This document shows, piece by piece, positions 49,688 to 63,448 of a stretch of 64,000 bases of DNA (within the stretch, counting starts at the first letter, position 1; each line of letters starts with the position of its first letter). Below the pieces are notes generated by a model that worked only from the letters and a program-made list of their open reading frames with translations, was not told where the DNA came from and searched no databases. This DNA is from Cirrosporium novae-zelandiae. Taxonomy: Eukaryota. Where the stretch lies: assembly GCA_026023565.1 (NCBI GenBank), contig JAPETS010000042.1, positions 1 through 64,000 on the forward strand. Reading direction: 5' to 3'. Position numbers and translations under genes: made by a program.

Positions 49688-51133
49688 CTAATCCGCTTTC
49701 CCATCCCCATTGACCACCACCTTATCCTTCTCCGTCTCTGTCGCCGCTGGCACCGGCATCGGAACCGGCCCACCGGGGGAATCGGGAAACCTCTCCGTCA
49801 AAACCTCGACCCCGTCCTCCGTGACCAGCAACGTATGTTCGAACTGCGCCGTCCGCGACCCATCCGCCGTGGTGCTCGTCCAGTCATCCGGCCACGTCTT
49901 GTCGCGATGGGTGCCCAGACTGACCATGGGTTCAATCGTAAAACACATGCCGGGTTTCGCGGTGCCGACGGCTTTGTTCTTCGCGTAATGCGGCACGTTG
50001 GGCGTAGCGTGGAATAGCGTATTGATGCCGTGGCCGCAGTATGCTTTTATGACGCTGCAGCCCCGAGACTTAGCGAACTTTTCGATGACGCCGCCGGGCT
50101 CGCGGAAGAGCATTCCTGGTTTGACGATCTTGATTGATTTGGTGAGGGACTCCCGTGCGCATTCGATTACGCGTACGGTGTCTGGGTCGGCGAGGGCGGC
50201 GGGGCCGACATAGTAGGTTTCGTTTAGGTCGCCGTGGTAGCCGTTGTGGTAGACGGAGACGTCCAGGTTTATTAGGTCGCCGTCCTGTAGGGGCCGTTGG
50301 TCGGGGATTCCGTGGCAGATTACTTCGTTGATGGAGGTGCAGAAGGATTTTGGGAAGTGCACGTAGTTGAGGGGGGAGGGGTAGCACTGTTTTTTTGTAG
50401 GGGTAGGAGTTAGCGTTGCTTTCTGGGGGGAAGTGATGTATACCCTTTTGTGGGGGAGGAAAGGAGGAAGCTTACATCTCGTTCTATACATGCGTTGTGG
50501 CAGATCTCGTCGAGGTAATCTGTCGTCACGCCCGGTTTAACCTCCCTTGCAACGACATCCAAGACTTCTCTTCCTAGCCTGCACACCTTGCGCATGGCAT
50601 CTTGGCCCTTCTTGTCTAGCACCGTAATGTTATGTCGACCCAGCACTTTCTGCTCCGATCGTGGCATTCCATCTCGTGCGTAATCGGGAAGCTTTATCGA
50701 CTTTGGGACTTCTCGGCGCGGGGAGAGAGGGTAGACTGGCCGGAGGGATCCGGTGAATGGGTAGGTTGGGAAGGGGTTGTAGAGGCCGTTGTCTGGATCT
50801 GGTTTAGAGATGACTTTTGGTGGGGGAGGGGGAGGGGGAGGGGAGTTACTTTTTTTATGGACCGCTTTATGGGTGCTCTGCAAGTTATATACACACACAA
50901 ATAAGTTATATGATAACAAGGGAGTAAAGAATATGTGCACCTTGTATAGAAGCACGAGGTTAGCCTACCCAGCTCCGCTTAAAACAGTCTTGAGAGCAGA
51001 AGAAGCTTTCCTTTCCCATCTTTAAACACGTAGGGCATTGAAGCGTCCCGGCGTCTTCTGTGCAGTCCACGCCCTGGCATTTGCGCACTGGAGGGGCTTC
51101 CTGAGGAGGAGTGGGGGTTTCGACTTCGGTCAT
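49688..51133 (-). CDS. MAP1: Methionine aminopeptidase 1 with an N-terminal zinc finger, multi-exon
   Basis: Exon 1 (50969-51133) [83 protein letters not shown]. Confidence 0.95.
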
Positions 51134-51711
51134 TTTCGACGATGACGATGACGGCTTTGTAGCAGTTGTAGAACTCGATCGCGGTCAACTGAAGAATGAT
51201 TCTAATGATTTAAAAAGATTGTTTTGAATTTGCTGACAAGAAGATGAATGAATAGAGAGAGAATAGGCCCCCCAATTTATGAGAATTATCGAGGTAGCTT
51301 AGATGATCAACTCTAGGCTCAGATCAGAAAGCTGCAAGGATAATGGCAGTCGCGTTGTGAGGTATGTTTTGAATATTAATAACTAGGGTTTACTGAGATA
51401 GGCATAGACACATGACTTGAGGATTTGGTGATATGCAAGTGTGCGTGGTTTCTTTTTGAGATATGCGACCATGCGTGGTTTTTCCATTTTTCCATTACGC
51501 TAACTGTCTGGGTACATCAATTATCCTTTAAGCGCTGCGGCAAGCGTTTACTTATTTTAAACGACACTTCATCTTGATCGAGTGGTGATACTTATTATGC
51601 ATTCATGTCCTTGGAGAATCTCGCAGTTTTTTTCTTTCTTTTGCTTTTCGAGTAGGGCCATCTTATCCTATTTCCTTGACCTTGGATCAGCCAAGGTCGT
51701 ACCATCCCGCT

Positions 51712-52787
51712 CTATGACTTCACTGGGAAGCTCACACATTGTATCTCCTGGAAGCGGTACGCTTTGCAGCTGTGTGGGTTCTGTGCAGCGCCTATATACG
51801 CCATCGGGGCACCCAAGCCCATGGGGCGTATGGCCGAAATCCCATCACCCCCTTCAAGTCGAAGGCAGTGCGCACAGTCACCAAACATGCAAAAGGCCGT
51901 GGCAGTGAGCCTAACAGCGTCTTCGGTATCCCCAGTAATCCTCATGTGCTGCTCCTGGATCCCTCCAAACCAACCTGGGCCATTGGTAATGGGGCTACCG
52001 AATTGGTCTTGCAAGACCCAGCTACCCCCTTCTGGAACATACACTTTCATATCGGGGTCACAGTTCTCGGTTGATTTGCAGACCTAGACAAAAAATAACC
52101 AATCAGTATTGACCGTGCAGTAACAATCATTGATTTTTAGCATACCCTGAAGATCAGGTTTCCAATATCTCCACCCGATTGATATATACCTTCAGCATTG
52201 CGGTTGAGTTGCAGACCATTGATATCCGTCATGGTGTAGCAGTGACCATACTTTAAACCAAGATGACCGTTAAAACCGCAGACGTAGTCCTTGATGCAGC
52301 TTCCATGTGGCTCCGGAGCTTTGATGCATTCTCTAGATCCAGTCTTTGGATCAACTTTAAATATATCCCCATACTTACAACACTGTCCTTTCCTAGCCTT
52401 GCTATCAAAAGAGAAGGACATGCCACCTCTACAGCAGTCTCCCTGCATTGTGAAAATGCTATCAACAGACCAGAATGTATCCAGGGGGCAACAGTCTCTC
52501 CGGTTATTCTTTGGATTGATAACTGTTGGCCCGGCTAGTTAGAGAGTATTCGATTGGTGGCAAGTCGGGGTACTCTTACAAAGCTGTGCCTCGTTAACAC
52601 AGGTTTCGCATTTATAACCTCCACGCGGATTTGGTGTCAAGAAGAGTGTTGACTCCGTGTGGTCAGCCTCCGTGCATGCCTTCCAATATCTCTTTTCCTC
52701 CTCTGACATTTGAGAATCCGGATACGCTGCACCCCTTTGGGCCCAGATGAGACTAGCAAGAAAGGTGAAAGCGAAGAATGATTTCAT
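51712..52787 (-). CDS. Secreted cysteine-rich protein of unknown function; exons 52580-52787, 52146-52534, 51712-52083
   Basis: Signal peptide MKSFFAFTFLASLIWAQRGAA, three CC doublets (RDCCP, GDCCR, GQCCK), then LGLKYGHCY..FR|VC..C. Two in-phase introns (45 and 62 nt) join three ORF-track fragments. Confidence 0.75.
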
Positions 52788-54752
52788 GGTCGACTGAATG
52801 AAGATCCGAAGATACTGCAGAGAGTGCTATGGAGAGTGCTACGGAGAGTGCGATTTCTTAACAGCAAAGACTGTCTCTATTTATATTGTAATGGCGCAAC
52901 CACACCATTTTGCGGATCCAAGCAGGGGCTTCGGGTGTTGTGCACTCTTCGAAAATCCTAACTGGGAGGAAATTCCGATATAAAATGGGTGCATGTCCTC
53001 GCCAGCAGGGGAGGCATGTAAGTTTCTTATGCTTTTTGGTTTACTGGACAATAAATAAAATCGCAGTTTTATTGAGAAGTTCCTATATTGTTATTATATA
53101 TACCCTACCTTTCGACGTTCTATATTTTTATGAGCATACAGCAACACTCCATTATAATGTTTAACCATGACCTATTTTATATAGTTCAGAGCATATTACA
53201 GCACGATAGCATTGAGAGAGACAACACTTAAATGAGGTATAAGCCTCAGCTGGGCTTCTAGACACCTGCAATATCATGTACCTAGAGTTGAACTATGGGG
53301 TTGAAAAACGATTAATTGCAGCTTCGTGTTTAATGTATCGTGGTACTTGTGTACACTTGGTATATTGTAAAAAATTGCCGAGAAGGAGATTCGTTGAAAT
53401 ATTTATCCAGCGAGCTGATATCCCTATTCTCGCTGCAGCAGTAGCTATCCAGTAGCTAACCCATGAATATTGCGCAGCGGGACTATGGCTATGACAATAG
53501 CAGACGTGTTAGGCGTTGAAAACCACCCGTCAATTATTTCATTACCGATATGCATTCGACAATTTACTTCCATCGGAACCATCAGCGATTGAAATTTCGG
53601 CCCAGAAGTATTCGCATAGAAGTCGAATTAAATGACCGATGAAGAATTGCATTGGCTCGTTTGGGAAAAAGTTGTATCCGACTGGATGCATCAATTTTTA
53701 ACGAGAGCCAATTAAAGATGTACAGGTAGTTGTTGGAGGGTCGGGTCGTCAATAAGTAAAAAGCAAGCGGTTACTCTGCAGCGGCGGGCGCGGCGATAAT
53801 TAACTCCAAGCTTTGCTTCTTTTGACATCTTGTCTCGCACAAGCGTTCATAAGTTATTATTCATTTTATTATCCGCATGTCGCCTTCAGGTTATGGCGGA
53901 TAGTTGCCCATACAGCAGTTAATTGATATACTTATAGCTTATCAACAAACATTTTGCTAAGAGAGTAGGTATATCTATCTATCTATCTATCTATCTGATG
54001 AATGAATGAACTCTCATATCATACATCCATACATACCCCATATCCCATACCCCAAACCCCGTAAATAAAAACCCCGGAGCCCCCATCCGATAAACCACAT
54101 CTATACCCCCATCTAAATGTTTTAGTCTATCTCCTAATTCAAAGGAACTACTTGTTACGTCCCAAGAACTTTGTTTGTATAACTAACCCACCTACTGTAA
54201 GAGAAATGGACAGTCGATATGCCACCCCCCCCCCCCTTGGGCCCCTCTGGAGGGAATGATTGGGATGTGTGGTAATTTGGTATAAAGTATTTATTGTTGA
54301 AGATTTTTTGGGGGGCTTGGAGCTTGGAGTTTGGAGGGGAAGTGGGTAAGGTAGGTTAGGTAAGGTAGGTAAGGTAGGGTCTATATATACATGTTATTAG
54401 TTGGACCCCCCCCCTAGTGTGTGTGTTGGAGTTGAAGTTGAAGGAGTAGTAATAGTGATGGATTGGTAGGTAGGTGGTGGGTAGGTATGTAATATGCTCT
54501 TGGAGATATTTAGGGACTTGATGGATTGATTTTCTTTGCTGGGGATATGGAATGGAATAGAGATGGAATTGGAGATGAATATATGTCTTGACTTGACTTG
54601 ACTTGATTGTTTCTTACAGTATAGTAGGTCTTCAGGTTTTCATGGGGTTCGTTATTTATTATATCACATCACATGGTCTAGTCTGTCTAGTTTATATCAA
54701 CATGATGAATTTTTCTATCTTTGAAGTTAATAATAATAGATCACACACATAT

Positions 54753-56609
54753 TTATACATCCACATCCACATCCACCTCCACCTTCATAACCACAACATC
54801 AACACCCTCAAACCCAACACTCGCCGTAACCTTAACATCTCCCTTCCCCCCTCCAACCACTTCCCTCTGAACCAACAACCCATCAACATAAACCCCCCAC
54901 ACCCCCCCTTCCAACCCCCTAAACACCAAATCCATCGCCACCACTCTCTGATCCCAAGTCCTCATACTCAAAACCATAGCCCTCCTCCCCTGATCCCACA
55001 CCCCCCTCAAAAAATCAACCCCGCTCCCCAACCCCTCCGATCCATCAATCCACGGCTCCCCCGCAAGCTCCTCCCTCGTCCTCGGATGCTCCCACATAAC
55101 TTTTTGCCCATCCTTAACATTCAACCGCGCGTACCCGATCCCGGCGTTTCCGCTAAACGGATCCATGTGCGTCCACATGTCGATTTCGTCGCCCCCGTCG
55201 TTTCGGGGATAGTATAAGCCGCCGTTTTCCCATGAGGGATGCTGGTGCGTATCTGCGTGATGGAGTAGGGAATCTAGCTCCTGCTGCTTGCCGACCTCGG
55301 ATAGCCACTGCACAACGTAGCCTAGGATGGGCTTCTTGTAGAAGCGAGATTTGGTTTTGGGGTCTGAGCGGGATAGATCGCGGGCATGGGCGAGGGTTGA
55401 CGGGGAGGAGGGGTCGGCGTTTTCGTTGTCGATAAGTTTCTTGAGGTGGCTTGCCACGACGGGGGAATTTAGGATGGTTTCGTTGTTGTTGGAAATGGTG
55501 GTCAGGAAGCCAAGGGCTTGGCTCTCGTAGGCTGAATATACGGCGGATGAATTCCAAGAGTTCATGAAGGCGTTGGTCCTAAGCAAAAACATCTTATGTC
55601 AGATCTCTCTCCTACAAGGAGAACAAACTGGGGTTTGGGATGGGGTGATGAACCTACCATGCAGTAAATCCGATGTCCCCGGCCTGGGAAGTGCTCCCCT
55701 GCTTTACACGATACCAATCCGCGTGGAGACCAGTGGGATTCAACATGTGCTTGGCCTTGATAGCAGCCGAATACTTCTCAAGCACGGTATCAACGAAATT
55801 GGTTCCGTCCCGCACGTCATTATATCGCATAGCAATGATCTATAGGACCATCAATTAGCAAAGCTTCCATAAAATGACAGAAAAAAAAGATCCCCCCTTA
55901 CCGGAAACTGACTACAAACCACAAACACCATATTCGGCTCACAGCAAACCCCCACCCACCCATTCCTCTCCATCTCCGCTATAATCGCTCCCTGCAGACT
56001 TCGATTATCATACCTAAACGCCTCGGGGCCCATACCCCAAAAGATAGGATTCCAATTAAACACGATCGACCCCTCTTGCTCAAACTCCCCTTCGTCGAAT
56101 AACATCGCATACAAACTCGTCATCAGCAACAGATGGCCCGAATACATGATGTTTTCCCGACAGACCGGATCGGCCCACGGTTTGCGGAGCTCGGTGATGT
56201 CCGGGTCTACGAATTTTCCGGACTGGGAGGTGTTGTACCAGTAGCCCCAGACTTCTCGGCGGAGCATCTTGTGGATGAGCTGGCGGATTAGGAGTTTGAA
56301 CGTGGTTCGGAGAGCGGGCAGGCGGTGGTAGTGTGCCACCCCGCTTGCGTATACCATGGTGGCTAGTTGGTACCGGTACGCATCTAGGAACTCGTGCCCT
56401 GGGTCCTGGATCCCCATGTGTCGCCATTCTCCATCAATTTGGGTGGCGAGGTTGTGGAAGTGCCGGAGGTGGCCTGCCTGCTCGCGACTGAGCTTCGGGT
56501 AGGAATCTAAGGAGAATGGGAGTGTTTGGGGGATGTTCTTGTTGCTGTTGTTTGTTGGGCTGAGGCGCAATGACATAGCTGGCTGAGTTTCGGCCGTTGC
56601 TGCTGCCAT
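54753..56609 (-). CDS. Linalool dehydratase/isomerase (Ldi)-domain protein; exons 55902-56609, 55658-55839, 54753-55578
   Basis: AYRYQLA, WGYW, DPVCRENIMYSGHLLLM and GVCCEPNMVFVVC resemble the Ldi motifs ENIMYKGH and CEPDNYFVQC. Intron phases are consistent. Confidence 0.85.
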
Positions 56610-58526
56610 GTTTGATGGAAAAGCTTGAGGGAGGAATGAAATATGAGCTATTTGTTAACAATAGATCCACAGCTCTTATTTATATATTTATAAATATATA
56701 TGTATACATACCCAGAGCTATATGACGCTACTGTACATGTACCGTGGTACAGGTACAGCAAGCCCTGCATAATCCTCCCACAGTAAATCTGACCAACCCC
56801 ACATACTCCCATAAACTCCGAGCCCATCCCTATCCTAATTATCCTATCAACGAGCCAGCCCGGGTTCGGCCTAAATCCGACCGAGTTGATAATTGTAAGT
56901 GAAAAGTGAGAGAGTAAGACGAAAAAATAAGTTTTTGCCTAAACCCTTGGTTCTTCTTCATCTTCGGCCGACATAGGCCGATACACAACGATGCACACAA
57001 AAGGGGGATAGCATAATCTTGATAAGCCCGAACCCCGAACCGAGGAGGATTGGTTTGTTAGGGATTAGTTAATAAATAATTTGGGAAGGATTTTATTTTG
57101 ATGACGATGGGAATTGTGGGTGTTGTTTGTTTGCTAACTGAGCTTGGAAGTTCAAAGTAGAGGAGGGTAGGCCCTTTGCTGTAGATAGAAGGTGTAGGTG
57201 CACGGTCCACTAGGGTAAAGAGACCCAGCGGGACGTTTTAGTAGCCAGAATATGCATGTATGAATAAAGAAATATTATGGAAGAAGTTGGATTGGATTGA
57301 AAGGATAGCTGTTGTTAGAGGGCAAGCCAATATAATCTTACCTAACTAAGCCTAAATAAATAACAAATATACAACTCTTGAAATACACAAATAAAAGAAT
57401 CAAACGAACAGGAACAATAAAACAATAAAAGGGTAAAGATATCTTTTATTTCCTAAGTCTATCTGGGCGTACAGTTACCTATCTATATAAGTAGCTGTAC
57501 CCCATATCCAGGACTAGTACGCATGAGAAAAGAACTAACTCCGAGGTTCCGGAGTGCCGTCCCCTGTTCTCGCTTACCTAGAGCCTTCCGAATAGGGGTT
57601 AGCCCCCCATTCGGTGCCCTAGGCAGCCAAAAACAGGCAACTCTTGCACAATAGTTATTGAAAGTAGTGTGTGTATGGTTATGATTATGGATATGGATAT
57701 ATAGAATGCACTGGTGTTAACCTCCCCCAAATTTGTGGACTTATCTAATATCGGAGGCGCGGGGGGGGGGATCAACCGGCGTACTCCAATCGATCAGGCC
57801 CTTCAACAAAGCGCCTTCATCAGCTGTCGATAGGCAGGGATTAGTCAGCGGCTTTGACATTCGTCAGAGTTTCCAGGCGTACCTAGAGAATGATAAATAG
57901 GTATTGTTCTATCTAGGGATTATCTAGGGATTTTTGGAGTGGGGAAAGACAATTGTCACGGCTGTCGTGGTCGAGGACCCTGTCTCTCGGGAGTTGGCGT
58001 CTGGAATCTGAGCATAGTCTTCGTTACAGCAAAGTCAGGGCCGAAACACTGTGGCTCCGGTCGAAACCTTGGGAACCGAGGGCGGAATAGAGATGGGACG
58101 ATTGGTTGTGTTCTGAGGCTGAGGGTATATAGGCACATGTCTTCATTGCGCATTTAGACTCTACTTGAACAATCTATTTATCTTATGAGGAGCGCTCTTT
58201 GTCCTGTCTTGCGGATCATTAAGCTTCGAGAGACTCTTCATTACGACCTTCCTCTAAGTCAGACAGTCGCTCGCATCGAATTTAATAATGTGAATATTAC
58301 CGTAAACTTCTTGAATAGTCCTGCCCATCTCTAAGTTTAATACACTCTATATCCAACCCAGGCTGTCTCCAGCAGTCACTGGATGGTCTTGACATTCTCG
58401 CTCCTTTTTCGCACCGCATTTCCTTCATGCTATTGTTCCATGACTCTTTCCTTCCCCCTTCAATTCTCATCCTGCTCAAATACTTAAGCGAGCCGCCGTT
58501 CAACGCAGTCTGGAAGCACAAGGATA

Positions 58527-59574
58527 TTAGGTACTTATTTTCCGGACCTGCTCTTTTATATGCTTCCGATGGAAATCTGTAACAGGGTCCGGAATCTCGT
58601 CCATGATCCTCTGAATATCCTCCACAAGATAGGGCTGAGGGTTACACTCGCTATGATTAACTGCGCCTTTTTCAGACGACCGCCCAATGTCATGTATTAC
58701 AAGGTTTGTGAGCTTGGTATGGAGCTGTACTATACTGTCCTCGACATCGGCCGACTCTGGCAGTGGCCAAAGGCCTGCCCTTGTAAGACAGAATGTCATT
58801 GATCCGAGAATCATGGACTCACATCTATGGGGCCCCATGAAAGATGCATAGCGACACCATCGCGGGTTCTCATCTGCTACCAGAAGTTTATCGACGAGGT
58901 CTCGGAACACGTCCAAAAGAGCTTGAATCGTCTGCATACGAATTGCGGTGATACGTTCTGGAAACCTGTTAGTTTATTTTCCAAAGCCTGAATAGTCCCC
59001 TTATCTTACCGATCGTGTCAGGTGGCATTTGAAGACTCTGCAAAGGAGAGTCTGGTGCCAAGATAGATGCTGGAGCTTCCATCAACATGCGCCGAGCAGT
59101 GGCTTCAAAAAGTTCATTGTAACCTAGCTCCCAAGTGATCCACAGGAACTTTGGCATCAAGGTGTCCGCGTCCTGCACCATCTCATGAACCGATGCTACC
59201 CAGGGGTCGAGCCACGGTAGCAGGATTTGTGTGGCGTCATAGTAATGTGTAAGCACCGTGAGCTCGTATAGCTTATCGATAGAAAGCACCTTGGGGACTC
59301 GAGAGACCTGACAGTGGGCAATGTGGAGAAGAAGCGCGAGTGGGCCCGGCCTGTCTTCGGGAAGGTCGACAACCCAGTCATCAGGATTAGTGGCACCGCG
59401 GGGCTTCGACTCCGCGAAACCCCCGTACAGCATCCGATCAAAGACGGGCGAGACGCGTGCTAGGGCTCGAGAGCAGACAATGAAGACTTTTGACGTTGTC
59501 TCGTCTGCCGAACCACCAATTCTGAGCTTGACGTCACCGCGTCGATCGAACTCGATGACGTTGGATTCCGACAT
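58527..59574 (-). CDS. Fungal BTB/POZ-like domain protein; exons 59010-59574, 58527-58957
   Basis: FDRRGDVKLRIG..FIVCSRALARVSPVFDRMLYGGFAES..VDLPED.P.PL.LLLHIAH..LYEL.VL.HYYD; C-terminal CESMILGS..L..AGLWP. Confidence 0.85.
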
Positions 59575-61645
59575 GTTGGCAAAGCCTGACCACTGAGACG
59601 GCAAGTGCCCCTCAAGCCTTTGTGTGATATGAACGTGTGTGGTGATGGTAGTGTGGCGGTTTAGGGCTGTTGGATTTGCTCGTCGGTTGGATGGAGAGGT
59701 GTCGTTTTTCAGAAGTCCATCTAAAAGCCACAGGTTACGGTCAACTAAGCCATTTGACCTGTTTTTCTATCATGCTCTGCTGCATCAACATCTCTAGCTC
59801 TTCTATACATAGAGGATACCAAGACATCTGCCCCATAATACAATATCTCGTATAAATTCTGAGGAGAGCTGTGTGGTGGCTATGCCAGAACTGCTGTTGG
59901 ATAATCCAAGCGAGATAAAAACTCCTGTCTTGTGCGAAAGATTTGTAAAATTGAGATACAGGACGTGCCCTACAAACCGAAACAGATAACTTTGATGGCG
60001 CAGGAAAAAAGTTAGCTTGCACAGCCTCAAGTTCAGCCACATTCCCAAGATATTGATTCTCTGATCGAGCAAGATCGATTCTTGCTGGATTACTAGGCTA
60101 CAGACGATTGCACTCTGAGACGAGGGTCGATCTAGAAGTTACGTAATTCAGAATCCGGTTTCATAATAATCCGAGGCCATCACGTAGTTGCTTTTGCTTG
60201 ACCACTTCAGGATAACTCCGAAGCGAATCGAGCTACGAGAGAGTGAGCTTAGTTGGTGCCCGTGAGTCTATGTAGCGACTGGGATGATATATGGCTTTGA
60301 GAGAAGTGTTCGTACAATAGATGGACGGCCTAAGAATGCGGTCTGAACGTCATACTGAACCGGTTCGTTTACATATTTTTGAAATATTTCAGTATTTCTT
60401 TGGCTCATGATCTGCTGAAGAAGACCCTGAGCAGCTATTTCCAAACGAAATGTTAGTATTGTGTTATCCTAGACAATCGGCCAACGGTTATATATTATTA
60501 GCTGTGCGTAGTCTGCACCTTGTCGAAGTATAGGGTTGGAGGGTCTGCCTCATGCCAGCGTTGACTCCTAGCCGTTGAGCGCAGTAAGGATAAGTATAGT
60601 ACCGGAGGGCTTTTGCCTTACACATCCGCATGTCATTGGTAGTAGGAATCGCTTGGCGAAAGGCTGGAACATTACGCTTTTCTTGTTTCTGTTTGAGCTG
60701 TAGATTATGCCAAGAAGGGCGTACTCCTTGCAGAATCTGTTCGATTCATTGAAATCTAGCTATGAAAACGAGGTTGACAAAGTTAAGCATTATCATAAGC
60801 ATAATAATGCTGAAGATCAAGTTATCGATTCTCGAAATTATAAAAAATTTCTTAAACCTGCAATTAGTTTGATCATAATTCGGTTTTTTTAGTAAACTTC
60901 TTACCGGCCTTTATTCTGCCGGAGATCACTCTCCATTACCAGGACATCCCGAGATGCTTGTGGATTTGAAAGCCAAACAAAATCAACGTTCCCATGATAG
61001 AGTACCATAGAGTTTTCGTTCTTGGACTCCCCGTCAAAAACTTCTGTCTTATCTTTCCCTGGAGTGCTCTTTTTCCGTACATGGTAATAATAAAATCGTC
61101 TTTAAAATGTCATTATATCCTCTTAGATGGCATTTTTCAGGAAAAGGAGAGGGTCTTCATTAAGGAATCTGCAGTAGCTGGGATCGAATTAGCTACCTGC
61201 TAGTCTCGCTGTGTAAGGATGACTCACTTCTTCCATTTAGCTTTGGTTCTCTTGGTGGTAGAGGCAGTATGGGTCTTCTTTAAGAAGCAAGAGGATATGA
61301 AATCTGGGGGAGCTTCTGAGTGTGGGGATAGATATAGAGTAGACTGATCGTCTGGCCATTTAGCTTGAATTGGGGATCGGGAAGTATGGCGGGCGATGAA
61401 GATCCGAGAATGGTTCCTGGAGGGGTGGGTTCGGCGAGTCGAAGCCGGTGGTGAACTGTAATTTATAGGTAAATACATGTATCATCAAACGCCGCTATAC
61501 TGGTATGTTTCTTACTTTTCTTCTCTGTACATAGTCTACAAATAATCCCACTCCGCTCTTCAGCCAACTCTCTATTCTATATATATAAAGATACTTTGAT
61601 ATCTTCTTTGTATAAATTTCAGTTGTATGCACATATCATGTTACT

Positions 61646-63448
61646 ATGACTACAGAAAAACCCCAACACAAAGTTCTCGTCATTGGTGCGGGGCCCGTGG
61701 GAGCTCTTGCCGCTCTTTATGCAGCAAGCCGCGGGGATGAGGTTCATGTTTATGAGCTTCGTGGAGGTATGCTGAATACGTGTTTCCTTGTATAGTTTCG
61801 TAATGTACCGGTTTTTAGCTTAAGCTGTTACCGTTCCTCTATATCCGATGTATCTATACTAAAACTGATAATGGCGGAATAATGGTATATATCTGACGGA
61901 GTTGTTGGATCTTATTATTTGCTGTTTTATTCCTATATGATAACAATGTCTCCATATTATTTAAATAGTTCAAGTATCTGTCATACTCTTTCCACCGTCT
62001 CTACATACTCATGAATCACTTCCATCAGATCTCCGCGATCCCTCCACCACCCCTCTCAACTTCACCAAATCCATCAACCTCGCCCTCTCCGAACGTGGGA
62101 TCAACGCCATCAAGCATTCCGGAATCCCCGGTCTCCTCGAACGCGTGACTGAAGACACCATTCCCATGTACGGACGAATGATCCATGGCCGCAAACAGAA
62201 CGGCGAGCTGTATGAGGAATCCCAGACCTATGACGTCCACGGAAGAGTACGCTTTATAATCCGCCCCCACTTTCGAACTCCCACCCTAATCTAACGATCC
62301 ACAAGTTTCAACGAGCGGCAGACCGCGGAACCCTCAATAAACGTCTCCTCGATGCTCTAGAGGCCCGTCCAAACGTAACCTTGCACTTCAACCACAAGCT
62401 CACGGGTGCCGATTTCAAGCGCAAGCACGCCTGGTTCGAACAGCAAACCTCCGAGCCCAGCTCCTCCGCCCCAGACACAGACTCCCACCGCCCTACCGAA
62501 GTCGAAGTCTCCTTTGACTTCCTTATTGGCGCTGACGGCGCCCACTCCGCCGTACGATACCATCTAATGAAATACACGCGGATGAACTACTCCCAAGAAT
62601 ACATCGATACCCTATGGTGCGAATTCCACATCGCCGCAACACCCACAAACACCTTCGCAATCTCCCCACATCACCTACACATCTGGCCAGGTGCCTCATA
62701 CATGTTCATTGCGATCCCATCCGCAGATCTCACATTCACGTGCACGCTCTTCGCACCACCGGCCCTCTTCACATACCTGGAACAGTCGCCTTCTGAAGCA
62801 CTCTTAAGCTTCTTCCAGGAACAATTCCCTGGTGTTACTCCAGACTTGATCCCGACGGAAGATTTAATCGAGCAGTTTAACGTGAATCCACACTTACCAC
62901 TCATCAACATAAAATGCACCCCGTACCACCACGCCGCTAGCGCTGTCATCCTCGGCGATGCCGCACACGCCATGGTGCCCTTTTACGGGCAGGGCATGAA
63001 TGCCGGTCTCGAAGACGTACACGTGCTATTTTCCCACCTAGACAACCACGGCGTCTACCCCCCCTCCAATCCCTTCCCATCCACCTCTACACCCCTAACC
63101 ATCGCCCTCTCCTCCTACACAACCCACCGAGCCCCCGACGCCCACAGCATCAACAACCTGGCCCTCCAAAACTACATCGAAATGCGTGCCAGCGTCAAAT
63201 CCCCCTTCTACCTGCTGCGAAAACGCATCGAGGAGTTTTTGTCTGTGTATGTGCCCCGGCTGGGTTGGGCCACGCAGTACGCGAGGGTTAGTTTCAGTAA
63301 TATGAGGTATTCGGAGGTGGAGGCGAGGACGAGGTGGCAGGGGAGGGTTTTGGGTGGGGTTTTGGGTGGGGTTTTGGGGGGTGGGGTTGCTGCTCTTGGG
63401 GTGGCTGTTGTGGCCGTGGTTGAGATGAGGGGGTGGTTGAGGAGGTGA
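61646..63448 (+). CDS. BNA4: Kynurenine 3-monooxygenase; exons 61646-61766, 62029-62246, 62306-63448
   Basis: VIGAGPVG (FAD binding), [74 protein letters not shown]-terminal hydrophobic anchor. Confidence 0.95.

Noticed and set aside
60700..61480. Short ORFs upstream of BNA4
   Set aside because: No recognisable domain and no convincing spliced model.
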